From Gnetum montanum (lineage: Eukaryota; Plantae; Gnetophyta), in contig MNCI01000986.1 of NCBI GenBank assembly GCA_015680685.1, positions 572,195 to 636,194 on the forward strand: DNA of 64,000 nucleotides, written 5' to 3'. Below the pieces are notes generated by a model. The model ran no database searches, had not been told where the DNA came from, and saw nothing but the letters and a program-made list of their open reading frames with translations. Of this stretch, positions 25,872 through 39,133 are shown piece after piece. How positions within the stretch are numbered: position 1 is the first letter of the stretch; each line of letters starts with the position of its first letter. Both the position numbers and the translations under genes were made by a program.

Positions 25872-27106
25872 TGTTGACCTTTTGGTATGTCAAAACCTTA
25901 AGGAAAATGAAGAACAAAGGATGTTTGTGTGGTTGTTGTGTTTACAGGAGCAAGAAAAAAGGACTCAAGGACACAAGCAAAGTCGGGATTACAAGAACTT
26001 AAGGAAGCATGGATGGATATGAAGAATTCAAGAAAAATATGTCTATTTGTGTTGAGGATGATTCCTAGATGTTTTGGCTTATTTTAGAGTGTTTTGGCTC
26101 ATTTTGATGAGTTTATGAGGTTATAGGATCTATGGGGACTTGGTTGGAGGCATCCAAAGGCTCTTGAGATCAAAATGAGTAGTTTTATTTTTGGGACCTA
26201 TAGAAGAGATGTCTCCCTTGTAGAAGAAGCATCTCCCTTGAAGAGTCAATGTCTTCCAAAACCAGTAGGAGTCTTGCCAGAATTGAAGGAGACCCAGAGA
26301 AGATGTCTCTTAGAAATGGTGGATTTCTCCCCTGTGAAGAAGACATCTCCTCAAAGATGTCTCCCTTGTGAAGAAGACATCTCTTTTGAATGAAAGTCTG
26401 ATGCAAAAAGATATCTCAGTCTTGAAGAAGGCATCTCTAGTGACCATTAGATAGCCATTGCATGAATTCTGAGGTGATTTTGAAAACATATTGGCTATAA
26501 GAAGATATCAAACTTCATGGGAATGTTGCAAGCATTGTTCATATTCAAATTCCTAATTGTCTATTCTTTGAAATTGTAATTTTCTCTTCATTGATGTATC
26601 ATTTGCTTGTAGTATTGCTCGTTGTATTGAAGTGATCTTCAACTACAAAGAGTGTAAATTAGTTACATTCTTTCCTTGTGATTTTTTTCTCTTTTGTTGC
26701 CCTGTGGGGTTGATGCACTTCTTTCGTGAAGGCATCATCCTTAAGCTTGTTGGAATCCTATGGGATTGAGTGTTGGTGTAGCGCCACAACACTCCAAAGT
26801 GGAGCTCAAGTTGTAAAGGTTGTGGGATCCTAGAAACCACATTCTAAGCTTATTAGAAGCTTGTGAGGTTGAGTGGATTCATGGCATCAAATCACTTTAG
26901 AGTAGAGCTTAGAGTTTGTACATGGTGTGGTATCCTTCAAACCACATTTTGAGAGTAACAAATTTTGGAGGTGTGTTATCGAACTACCCTTTGAGTGTGG
27001 ACTACCCAAGTTGGGAAACCAGATTAAATTTGGTGTGTGCTTTGGCTGATTAATTTTTAATTAGGGGAACTTATCCATCCCCCCCTTCTAAGTTCAACAA
27101 TCCTTA
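25872..27106 (+). repeat. Solo LTR of the SIRE-like Copia family
   Basis: Starts TGTTGACCTTTTGGTA and ends CCCCCCTTCTAAGTTCAACAATCCTTA; homologous to the LTRs at 45408-58206. The flanks GATGT / GGTAT fit a decayed GGTGT TSD. Confidence 0.75.
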
Positions 27107-27952
27107 GGTATGACTAAGAAGATATTATTACTTTCATGTGTTAGTGTTGCACATGTCCTATAAGCAATTGTAACATAGTTTGCATGTAAGTTAAATTTTC
27201 ACTTTGTGTTTGTCTTATAAGTGATTGTGAAATGAAGGTGTATTTTATTTCTTTTTCTTGTGTAAATGTTATACCTATCCCACAAAGAATTAAAATGAAT
27301 TTAATTATTATTTTATTAGTTGTATTTACAAATTATATAAAAATTATAAAAATGTCATTTCCCTATAGTGGTATCAAAGGTGCCTTCACTTGTATCATAC
27401 ATATTATAATATTTTCATTTTTTAAACATAATGATATACATAAGTAAACTTTGCAATTCATGTTCCCATCATCTTCGGTGTTTACAACATGTTTGCTATG
27501 TATGCCATTGATTAGAATCTTATGGTCTCTATGAGGAAAATCCCTAACAATTGGAGTTTTGAAGACTATTTTCTCTTTCTCCGCAAGAGCTTGAATGTCA
27601 TCTTTAAGCATGTTGTAGTTATCAATGTCATGACCTGCTTCTTCATGATAAGAATAAAACTTGTTAGGATTGTATCATCTTGGGACTTGAGGATATTCTT
27701 TCACACATTGAAAAGGATATGTGACCAGATTCTACAACCATCTGAATCTAGGTCATCTCTACTCTAACACCTATTTTGGGGTTATATGCCCCTCTTTCAA
27801 AAGCATCTTATATAATTACATGTAGATCACAGGAAACATATAGTACTTAGACTTATCATTGGATTTCCTTCTTTACTGGTCTTGATTTAATAAAGCTAGT
27901 GCAATAGTATTGGCCTTTTGGTTTATTGCTACATACCTTTTAAAGATAGATG
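27107..27952 (-). pseudogene. Tat-like gag C-terminus with zinc knuckle (continues 37293-38900 across the inserted element)
   Basis: SYHEEAGHDIDNYNMLKDDIQAL is a decayed CX2HX4HX4C Tat knuckle. Confidence 0.7.
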
Positions 27953-30030
27953 CGAAACACCACAAAATTCTGAGCTTAGCACTTCTCCAACAAGAATCGA
28001 GCTAAGTCATGATGCTCCCTAGCATGACTGAAGCTTGAGGACCTCATAGGTAGCTTCAAATGAAGTCTAAATCAATAAGAAATAGTTCCCTGGGACCCAT
28101 AGAAGACTACAATGACATCTGGCATCAAACCTGGCAAATCTTGAGCTCAAAATACTTGGTTTTCACTAAGTATGCAGCCTGTACGCTGGCCTATACATGC
28201 CCAGCTTACAGCCCAGCGTACAACAACTTTTGGGTCCCAAAATTGAGTCAAAACATGCCAAAAATGAGCGTCTGGACCCCCTAGGACCTTCCCCAAGGTC
28301 CCCAGCAGCTCTCAGGCACTTGAAAATCAAATTTTGGGCTCCAAATGATGGTCTTTCATTCCTGTACGCCCAGTGTATAGCAAATTTTGGGCCCTAAAAT
28401 TGAGTCAAAACATGCCAGAACTAAGCGTCTAGACCCCTCAAGACCTTCCCCAAGGTCCCCAGCAACTCTTAGGCACTTGAAAATCAAATTTTGGGCTTCA
28501 AATGATGGTCTTTCATTCCTGTACGCCCAGCATATACGCCCAGCGTACAACAACTTTTGGGCCCTAAAACTGAGTCAAAAAATGCCAGAACTAAGCGTCT
28601 AGACCCCCCAGGACCTTCTCCAAGGTCCCCAGTAGCTCTCAGGCACTTGAAAATCAAATTTTGGGCTCCAAATGATGGTCTTTCATTCTTGTACGCCCAG
28701 CATGTAGCTAGCGTATAGCAACTTTCGGGCCCCAAAACTGAGTCAAAACATGCCAGAACTGAGCGTCTAGACCCCCCAGTACCTTCCCCAAGGTCCCCAG
28801 CAGCTCTCAGGCACTTGAAAATCAAATTTTGGGCTCCAAATGAGGGTCTTTCATTCTTGTACACCCAGCGTATACGCCCAGCGTGCAGCCAGCGTACAGC
28901 AACTTTTGGGCCCCAGAACTGAGTCAAAACATGCCAGAACTGAGCGTCTGGACCCCCTAGGATCTTCCCCAAGGTCCCCAACAGCTCTTAGGCACCCAAA
29001 AATCAAGTTTCAACCTCAAAATGATGCACTTCCATGACCTGTACGTTGAGCATATGTACTCTGCACGCCCAGCGTGTAGCCCAGCGTACACCACCAGAAA
29101 CAGCCCAAAATAGGCACCAAACAATGAGATTTTCACCTAAAATTAACTCTTGGAGGTGGGGCAACTGTTGGGCATCATCACAAGTACCCAAAAATCAAGT
29201 TTTGACCTTAAAATGAAGCATTTTCATGTGTGCACGCTGGGTACATTTTTGGTGTACGCTAGCATGCTATACGCTGGCATCTTGTACGCTGGCATCCTGT
29301 ACGCTGGCATCCATGTACGCTGGCATGTTGTATGCTGTACAGTTGTAATTTTCTATGCACTCAAACAATGCAGCCACATGTCATCCTACCTGAAATCCTC
29401 TCACCCATGGCCACTCATACCCTTCCAGATCCGAATCCAAGGCCCAAAAACCTTATAAAAATCCCAATTTTTCACGAGATCAGGGTTGGCAATTTTGGAG
29501 CAAAAACTAGAGAAAAACAAAGAACCAGAGACACTGAGAAACCAGAACAAAAACCCTGTACGCTGGATCTCGACCCTGCACACTAAGCATACAGCCTTTA
29601 CGCTATGCCTGCAGTTGAACCCAGTACACAGTCATCCCTGCATCCATCGGGGCTATTCGTCTACCTTGTGTCAAAGTCACAACTGCGTTAGACCGGTGCA
29701 TTGTAACTCTCATTTCCCAATAATATTGCTACATTTATTTGCTAAATCTATTACAGTTTTTCATTCATTGTTGCATGTTTATTGTTTATGCTCTTGTACG
29801 TTTACGCTCTGTTTTACATTCGTTACGCCGTTTACATATAACCCAGCATACAATATATCGGTGTACGCTCGGGGAAATCCTTACCTGATCCACGTGCGGA
29901 CCACTCAAGGTACTTTGCCTTCGTTAATTCCAGCTTGCCCTCAAGCGAAGGTAGGGTCTTCTGTGCATGTCCTGATATCTCTAGGTTTCTGTTTCATTCC
30001 AGCCGGAGACCGACGATTTCAGACAGTATA
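27953..30030 (+). repeat. 5' LTR (2078 bp)
   Basis: Co-linear with 35565-37287; termini mutated to CG..TA. Confidence 0.9.
28224..29005 (+). repeat. Tandem array of ~168-bp units (about 5 copies) in the 5' LTR
   Basis: CAACTTTTGGGCCC.AAAACTGAGTCAAAACATGCCAGAACT recurs at ~28224, 28381, 28550, 28719 and 28900. Confidence 0.9.
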
Positions 30031-30035
30031 GAAAA

Positions 30036-30057
30036 TGGCGCTAGAAGGAGGGCTTGA
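30036..30057 (+). promoter_or_regulatory. PBS complementary to the 3' end of tRNA-Asn(GUU)
   Basis: TGGCGCTAGAAGGAGGGCTTGA is the reverse complement of ...TCAAGCCCTCCTTCTAGCG-CCA, the plant tRNA-Asn 3' end as recalled. A 5-nt spacer separates it from the LTR. Confidence 0.85.
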
Positions 30058-30103
30058 CTTGTTTTTTGTTTAATCGAAACGTTGATCACATTACCTGTTC
30101 AAA

Positions 30104-30448
30104 CACAGTGTTTACGCTACTACAGTGTCTACACTCCTACAGTGTCTACGCTCCTATAGTGGCTACGCTGCTACAGTGTTTATGCTGCTACAGTGTGTAC
30201 GTTGTTACAGTGTTTACGCTGCTACAGGGTTTACACTGCTATAGTGTCTACGCTGATACAGGGTTTACACTGCTACAGGGTTTACGCTACTACAGGGTTT
30301 ACGCTGCTATAGTGTTTATGCTGCTACAATGTCTACGCTGCTACAGTGTTTACATTGCTACAGTGTCTACGCTGCTATAGTGTTCATGCTGTTACAGTGT
30401 TCACGCTGCTACAGTGTTTACGTTGCTACAGTACCGCTATAGTGTTTT
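30104..30448 (+). repeat. 17-bp minisatellite (TACAGTGTTTACGCTGC), about 20 copies, in the element's 5' UTR
   Basis: Head-to-tail degenerate 17-mers with no spacers. Confidence 0.9.
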
Positions 30449-30799
30449 TTCAACAAAAACACACAAAACGGGCCCGTTTCAAAGCCGAATTCGCTGCGAT
30501 TCACACCTACTTCAAACCGGTCTAAGTACTAATGGCCACCAACATGGATCACCTTGTCCAAGGCATACAATACACACAACATAATGATTCCGAGATGACT
30601 TCCTCTTACCCAAGATCACTATCCGCGTACGACTACAGTTCATAATTTTATACTTAGCCAAATTTTCTCCCGTTTACGCTGTACACACTGGACACTTAGA
30701 AAAATTTTCAGTGTTCACACACTGGACACTCTACACACTTAGTCGAAAACACACTCAGCACTTGTTAGCTAGCTCATACGCTGCCCCGTCACACATCAC

Positions 30800-33700
30800 C
30801 ATGGAATCATCCCAAAACTCTAGCGCACGCGCCTTCATAGTCCCCACACAAAAACAGTATAACTACATCTGTGTGAAGATTCAGGCCAACCTTCCTATTG
30901 ACCACACAGAACAGGAGGCAAAACGAAACTTCGAGCACATATACATGGGAGGTCATGAATTTGCCCCCTCCGTATATGACATCATCTCCCTTTCTGATCC
31001 TCATCATAGGCTCATCTCCTAGCTCCTTTTGGCAAGGGGCCAAAACACACGGTGATCCACTGAGGAGCCCCAAAACCAACACGATATAGATGACTTCGAG
31101 GCACAATCTGAACCTAAGGATTCATACCACACCCTCAATCCCCATGCCTACATGAACCCATCAGTCCATCCTCGCATGGGATAGACAACCACTCACCAAG
31201 TATCAATGAGCACACAAGCACCAGTATCCCAATAGAGATTACCCACCCCCATCTCCACCCAGTACATATCGCACGTGCAAACGCATGGGGCCACTTTTAC
31301 TACATCGGCCCTGCACATCCAGGGTGTCACTTCACAGTTTGTGGCTAGGCAAGGAACCATACCCCTTTTTCAATAACCCACTCACTTCAACATGCCACAC
31401 CCCACAACCACAACTCTAAACAATGCTCCACAGCAACAAATGACAACCCAACAACCTTCCCAACCAACTAATCTGCCTACCGCTCAAGAGAGGGGAGAAG
31501 CCAAACAAATGATGCAAGCATTAGCTGAAGAGGTAAAGCACCTCAAAATGGCAAACACTGAATAAGTTAAAGTACTAGACTTCTACCACAATGATCCAAT
31601 TAGCACTTCAGTGCCACCGTTAGCTTTGCCCAAGGGAATCACACTTCCACACCTGACCAAATACAATGGGAAGGGAGATCCAAATGCTGACTTAGTCACA
31701 TTTCGATCAGAAACTCTATTGCTTCAAGCTTGGTCCCACGCAATCTTGCGCATGTTTGCTATGTCCTTAACGAGCGTAACCTTAGACTGGTATAGAGCCT
31801 TGCCATGTAACTCCATATCCTCTCTTGAGGATTTGTTACATCAATTCGTTACCAGGTTTAAATACAACCTGAAGCCTGAAGCAACCCTAGACACTCTGAT
31901 ACAGGTGAAACAAGCACCACTTGAGCCTGTGCAAAAGTTCATCCAACGATGATGTGTAGCCCCTAATGAACTTCATGAGCCCATCCCTGAAAAGTATTTG
32001 CTTACGATTCTGAAGGGAGCCGTGAATGACTTCATTAAGTTAAAACTGTACTACCTAAGCGCTCAAACGTTGAGCCAAGCGTTCACATAGATCAAGAACA
32101 TTGAACAAGCTGCACAAACCAGCAATGACCCAGCCTATGTGGCTTACAAGAACCAGCATGTTGCCAAACAACAGACAACAATGGAAACTATAGCCACAAT
32201 CACAAAAACAACAAACACCAGTACCAACCCTCTTGCAACAACAAGGGCCACCCCAAGGTCCAACTTTCAGTGCAAGGATCGCTCTAAGTATATGCCGCTA
32301 CCCACGTGACCCTCTAAGCTACTAGAGCAACTCCTTAGAACTGGGCAAATCCAATACAAACAAGTAGTAGAAAATGCCCATCGAAGACACGATAGGTACT
32401 GTGAGCTACTGAGGAACCCCACCTTAGCAGCACAAAATGAGCCCTCGGTCCCACGACACTTCAAATTAGATCAATTTTGTCACTACCACCAGATGTCCAG
32501 TCACAATACCGACAACTGTCATGCATTACAGGATGATCTAAAAGCAATGATAGAACGGGGCCAACTAAACATCAACACCCTGAATCAACCGAGCATAGAC
32601 AATGCCCCCTATGTCATAAACTCCATTGGCATAGATAGTAAGCCTAAACCTGTGCGGCAACCTTTTGTGATCCATGTGCCTCCCAGCAAGGCAACAATCC
32701 CCTCTACCTCTATGAGCAAGAGACCTCCCATCATCACCAAGGTGTCACCTAGAGCATCGACGACACCTTTCGTGGTCAAGGTACCACCACAGTTGTCTGC
32801 TAAGATGTTAAACTAGCATGTTGCACCAACGACAACAACAAAGAAACCTTTCATTATCAAGGTGCCATAACAGGCTAGTCAAACAACAACAACACCTCCT
32901 AAACTCCCATTTGTCATAAAAGTGCCACCATGCAATGGCCCCTCACTTACCCTGAGCCCAACCGTAGGAAACATCTCGACCTCTCCTTCCTCAAGAGTCA
33001 ACCTTACCAACAACACGGATAAGCCTACCAAATGGTAGCATAAGAGGACAAATGAACAACACCCATAGCTAAAACAAAGGACACACCTAGTATACAACAA
33101 CTGAACACTGGGGGCCCTGCCCCTAATCCCAAACAAACTAGGCCCAAGCCCTCAACCCATACAGAGGCAACCAACACAACGGCAGACAACACAGACTTTG
33201 TAGCTACACTAGCCCAAGTGAAACAAACGCTCAAACAAAAGAACACAACCATGAGCCTGTACGATTTGGTCATGACATCATCGGCTCATCACGAAGCCTT
33301 AGCACAAACGTTAGCATCCATTCCTGTTACAGAAGACATCCCTGCTAACATGGAATCCATCCATGCAATGATTTCACAACACACACCACAAGGATTGGGT
33401 TCAAACACCTTAGCCTTTCGTGATGATGCAGTTAAACGTAACCCTGAATGAGGGGAAGTCACAACAGCTCCATTATCAATTAGTGTGCGTGTCGGGCAAT
33501 GTATCATTCGCAAAGTGCATGTTGATGATAGTGCGGAAACAAACGTAGTTCTATACTCCGTCATCGACAAACTAGGCATGGCAGATGAGATCATGCCAAT
33601 AGAAACCACGTGTTTAAAATCTTTCAATGGATCATGTGTCACAGTTAAGGGCATAATCAACTTAGCCTTTGTGGTAGGAGAATAATTCCCCGCCAGCCCG

Positions 33701-34090
33701 GAATTCATTGTCATAGAAGAGATGCCCAGTTTCAACATGATTCTTGGTAGACCTTGGCTAGCACAACAACGAGCCGTTTCCTCACCGATACATCAAGAAA
33801 TATGCCTTCCATATGAAGGTGGACAAGTCATTATGCATGGCAACAACACTCCCTTTCAAGCTAACCACAACATAGACATGTCACATGTCTTAAGAGAGGA
33901 GCCTCTTGAAGCAACACCCACAACAACAAACACAACACCTAGAGCTAAAACGCCCGAATGAGGGGTAAAAACTGAAAGCCTCCCAGAGCGAACTAGCACG
34001 CCTCCTAGACTATGTCTGACTAAGAAACAACCACATAATCAGGACTCCCCTGCAGCCAAAGACACGTCTGATCTCTGCCCACTCTTCACC
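30800..34090 (+). pseudogene. gag-protease ORF of the TR-GAG-like element (scattered stops)
   Basis: LPHLTKYNGKGDP...FAMSLTSVTLDWY..LP.NSISS..L..QF (Retrotrans_gag); CHYHQMSSHNTDNC knuckle; MSLYDLVMTSSAHHEAL; protease VHVDDSA...FNMILGRPWL...SPIHQ. Confidence 0.88.
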
Positions 34091-35564
34091 TTTGTTCGTT
34101 GTGCATATGTCACCTTAGTTTGTATTGTATTAGCTTACACGTTCTCTCATGGTCCAAAAAGATCTTAAATTACCACTGTTACACATTATCTTCTGTTTAT
34201 TGGTGCATTTCAGTTCATGTTTTTTGCAGTTGCTATTTAATATTGTTTTCTCTAGTAGCTTTTGTTTACAGGATCATACAAACGCACATGCATGCATCCA
34301 CACAGAGCAGTCCTGGCATCATGACTTAAAAATGATACCATAGAATGTCCTGGTGTCATGACGGTAAACCGACATCACAAAGCTTTGTCCGACATGACAC
34401 TAAACTGTCACACTCATTCACGAGAGTCCACTAAGACTATAAACTAGCTTGCCTCTTCATAGTCCGCCACAACTATAAACTAGCATCGTACTGTCCACTA
34501 CGATGATAAACTGGCAACGTCCAACAGGTTATGACATAAAACTAACCCATGACAGTCCGCTAAGACTATAAACTGGCTAGATCATTTCTGGCACATTCAT
34601 CTACTGCTATAATTCATGACATTTCTTCATCAATGCCTGCTGCATCATTCATCACACCGACTCTGACAACACTATTGCTGCTCATGTTTTTTGCCTTAAG
34701 TTTCACATGGTGCCTCCATATGCATCAGTCACATTCATGCCTGAAGTATTCACTAACTCATTCACTTGTGGTTTTCTTGTCTTCTTGGAGTTGTGTTTGC
34801 AGGATAACACCCAGTGGTGCTCGTACACGAATACACTTCATCACGGTGACAAGGTGTCACATTGTTTCTGACACATGCAACCAGGTTAATCAATCTGTTC
34901 AAAAGTACATTCCCCATTCCCAATACATTCTCCATTTCCCCAACACTCTTATTCCCTTTCTTACCCGGTTACAGTTCCCAGATACACCCAGTACACACTT
35001 TGAGCACACTGTTACATGCTGTGACACTCTCAAGCAATTGCAACACACAATATGGCACATGAACATGAGTGCAAAATTGAAATAAAGCTCTTGCCAAAAA
35101 ACAAAGAGATAAGAAAAAAATGAAAAAAAAGGAATAAAAAAAATAAAAAAAGAACAAAAAAATGAAAAAGAACAAAAAAGAAAAAGAAAGAAAGAGCAAA
35201 GAGCAAAGAGCAAAGAGCAAAATGAGCCACAAGACCCTTGGCACTTCCCATAAGCCCCAGGCGGGAAGGCAGTTGTCTTGGAAACAAATACTCATGTCTC
35301 AAAAGCTCAAGTAACATCTCATTGCATAGCTTNATATCCCCTTTACCATGCACAATCCCTTGATCAGTTCCCAATCCCCACAATTTCCATTTCCCTATCT
35401 AGCTACAAACTTCATTTCCCCAATCCCATGTACTACTGAACATGGTGCGATGACATCTGGCCAAGTGTCGAAGAACAATGCTACTAAGTTGCTTGTGGTG
35501 TTTTGTACTTCTTTGTCGATGCTTCTCGGGTCGATTCCTCCAAGCGTCAACAAAGAGGGGCCAA

Positions 35565-37287
35565 TGAAACACCACAAAATTCTAAGCTTAGCACTTCTCC
35601 AACAAGAATCGAGTTAAGTCATGATGCTCCCTATCATGACTAAAGCTTGAGGACCTCACAGGTAGCTTCAAACAGAGTCAAACTCAACAAGAAATAGTTC
35701 CCTGGGATCCACAGAAGACTACAATGAAATCTGGCATCAAACCTGGCAAATCTTGAGCTCAAAATACTTGGTTTTCACTAAGTATGCATCTTGTACGCTG
35801 GCCTATACATGCCTAGCGTACAGCCCAGCGTACAGCAACTTTTGGGCCCCAAAAATGAGTCAAAACATGCCAGAACTGAGTGTCTAGACCCCCTAGGACC
35901 TTTCCCAAGGTCCCTAGCAGCTCTCAAGCACTTAAAAATCAAATTTTGGGCTCCAAATGATGGTCTTTCATTCTTGTACGCCCAGCGTGCAACCAGCGTA
36001 CAGCAACTTTTGGGCCCTAAAACTGAGTCAAAACATGCCAGAACTGAGTGTCTAGACCCCTCAGGACCTTCCCCAAGGTCCCCAGTAGCTCTCAGACACT
36101 TGAAAATCAAATTTTGGGCTCTAAATAAGGGTCTTTCATTCCTGTACGCCCAGCGTGCAGCCAGCGTACAGCAACTTTCGAGCCCCAAAACTGAGTCAAA
36201 ACATGCCAGAACTGAGCATCTGGACCCCCCAAGACCTTCCCCAAGGTCCCCAGAAGCTCTCAAGCACCCAAAAATCAAGTTTTAACCTCAAAATGATGCA
36301 CTTCCATGACCTGTACGTTGAGCATACGAACTCTGCACGCCCAGCGTGTAGCCTGGCGTACACCACTAGAAATAGCTCAAACAGGCACCAAACAGCGAGA
36401 TTTTCACCTGAAATTAACTCTCAGAGGTGGGGCAACTGTTGGGCATCATCACAAGCACCCAAAAATCAAGTTTTGACCTTAAAATGAAGCAGTTTCATGT
36501 GTGTACGCTGGGTACATTTTTGGTGTACGCTGGCATCTTGTACGCTGGCATCCTGTACGCTGGCATCCATGTACGCTGGCATGTTGTACGCTGTACAGTT
36601 GTAATTTTCTATGCACTCAGACAATGCAGCCACATGTCATCCGACCTGAAATCCTCTCACCCACGGCCACTCATACCCTTCCAAATCTGAATCCAAAGCC
36701 CAAAAACCTGATAAAATCCCCAATTTTTCACGAGATCAGGGTTGGCAATTTTGGAGCAAAAACCAAAGAAAAAAAAAGAACCAGAGACACTAAGAAACCA
36801 GAACAAAAACCCTGTATGCTAGATCTCGACCCTGCACGCTGAGCATACAGCCTTTATGCTGTGCCTGCAGTTGAACCCAGTACACAGTCATCCTTGCATC
36901 CACCGGGGCTATTCATCCGCCTTGTGTCAGAGTCACAACTGTGTTAGACCGGTGCATTGTAACTCTCATTTCACAATAATATTGCTACATCTCTTTGCTA
37001 AAATCTATTACAGTTTTTCATTCATTGTTGCATGTTTACTGTTTACGCTCTTGTATGTTTACGCTCCGTTTTACATTCGTTACACCGTTTAGGTATAACC
37101 CAGCATACAATATATCGGTGTACGCTCGGGGAAATCCTTGCCTGATCCGCGTGCGGACCACTCAAGGTACTCTGCCTTCATTAATTTCAGCTTGCCCTCA
37201 AGCGAAGGTAGGGTCTTCTGTGCGTGTCCTGAGATCTCCAGGTTTCTGTTTCATTCCAGCCGGAGACCGATGATTTTGGATAGTACA
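35565..37287 (+). repeat. 3' LTR (1723 bp) with three 168-bp units
   Basis: TGAAAC...GTACA termini; units at ~35835, 36003 and 36171. Confidence 0.92.
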
Positions 37288-37292
37288 AGATG

Positions 37293-38900
37293 AAGATGTT
37301 GATGAAGTGTAATTCACCAAAGAAATCATGTGTCTTGCATTTTGTGCAGCCTTTTCTTTCCATACTACTTTTCTTACTTTATTATGGAAACTAACCCATC
37401 CAAGGTCATTCCATTGTGTGGCTACCTCTTCAATGTATTTGGCCAAAGTGATAGCATATGAAGACTAAGTGACCTAGGATAGACCAACTTACCCTTAATG
37501 TAATCATTTATAGCTCACTCAAAAATGTTCAAAAGATGATCATTGGATAATGGATGAGTAAGCTCTATTGTGGTTGAAGTTCATCTAGGTATGAACTTGA
37601 AGATAGAATTATTGAGAGCTTGTTTGATGGTAAATAACTTTTGGAGTGTTCTATATTTACTAATGTTATACTTGAATATTTCCATAAAGGTTGTAAAAAA
37701 CCACTCCAACAAAGTGACAGACTTATGAGGAAGGAAATTGTACCATTTGAATTCTTTATTGATAAGTGAGTTTGAGAAACTTCTTAAAATAGTATGGGGA
37801 TAATTGATCAATAACATACATTCATTAAAAAACATAATGATGTGATTTATGGGATTAGATTCCTCATTGCACTTAGTTAAATTAGGAAAAGAAACCCCTT
37901 TGGAAACCTAGACAAGTAGGATTAATGAACTAATAGAATTAATGAGAAGATGGATGATAGATACTATGGAGCTTCACCCATGCAATGTTATGGCCTTTTG
38001 AGTTTGATCCTAATTGGATTACAATTGCAATTACAAGTCTTGAAGTAGCAACATGAGTTCATAAGAAATACCAAGGATAGTTGGCATGGTAGAATTGCCT
38101 AGGATAGGATTATGGACAAATAACATAGGTGGGAAGATGCAATAGTGGGAAAGAAAATTAGTTGCTAAATGTTGTATCGAGGAAATGGTTGAAAATATGG
38201 GATGACTAGAAGTGAGACTTATGGCTATTAAACTAGTGGAATAATAGATAATGGTTAAAATAAGTTCAATAGGAAATTGGGATTTTAAACTTGTGTTTGA
38301 AGTGTTGGATTTACAATTGTTATGTTAGGATAATAATAGGAGAGTGGTGGCAGCTAGAGCCATTGGAGCAATAGCTATAGTGTAAATAGGTTAAATGAAT
38401 ATTGTTCATAAGATTAGTGGAATTAATAAAATGAGTGTGCTAAGAAGTTGAGCTTGGTGGTTGGATGATGTGTTAGTGAATTATCTCTGTCACCATCAAA
38501 ACATCAATCTTTCCATCCTCTTTATAATTCATGGATGCTAAGATTGCTTTCACCTTCACTTTGCTGGTTCTAGAATTAGTAGTTCTTATTGAAGTTGATG
38601 TTGGGATGATCCACCAAGAAATCTATCACAATTTTCCTTCACTAAATTTTGGTATTATCAAGTGCTTGAATCTCATTCCTAATGAGAAAATATTCTACAA
38701 GTTTCATTCTTCTTTACTTGTCCAACTCAATTAAGTGGTTGGGGTTTGGAAGGAAGGGTTCCAAATTATTGGTAGTTTCATACTTGGTCACCCTTCGTAA
38801 CTCAATCTCAAATAGTGCAATGTTTAGCTCTTATTTTGCACATGTAAATGTGTAGTCATGAATGATCATGGGTTTCATGAATGCCTAAACTTTCCTCACC
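37293..38900 (-). pseudogene. Tat/Ogre-like gag, N-terminal part and core (old host element)
   Basis: GVSFPNLTKCNEESNPINHI..F...ILRSFSNSLINKEFKWYNFLPHKSV...TIKQ. Confidence 0.75.
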
Positions 38901-39133
38901 TCCATTAAGCTATGAACTTGGAAGCTTTGAGATGAATCTAACCCTTGGCAAATGATATTGTCAATAGAATGTCTTTTGCACATACTTGGAAATAAAGATT
39001 AAATGCAAATGGAAAAAGAGCATAATATAAAACAAAAGTAAAAATGTTTAAAAATATGTAAAGTAAGGAATAAAAATATTCAAAAGGATCTACATATTTC
39101 TAGGTAAAAGGTTCATGATACTATAAAACCTAT

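Larger units (their letters stand above)
27953..37287 (+). mobile_element. Complete non-autonomous Tat/Ogre-derived LTR element encoding only gag and protease (TR-GAG-like)
   Basis: AGATG TSD on both sides (27948-52, 37288-92); two LTRs; PBS 30036-30057; PPT AAAGAGGGGCCAA 35552-35564; no RT/RH/INT motifs. Confidence 0.92.

Noticed and set aside
30104-30448. Repeat array resembling CRISPR, and ORF 30054-30380
   Set aside because: The units are head-to-tail with no unique spacers and sit in a eukaryotic LTR element; the ORF is a by-product of the minisatellite.
28484-36285. ORFs of ~165 aa on both strands (28484-28981, 35778-36278, 35791-36285) and 29486-30031
   Set aside because: They lie within the LTRs. 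The 168-bp unit is a multiple of 3, so stop-free frames repeat; the 29486 ORF is broken in the other LTR.
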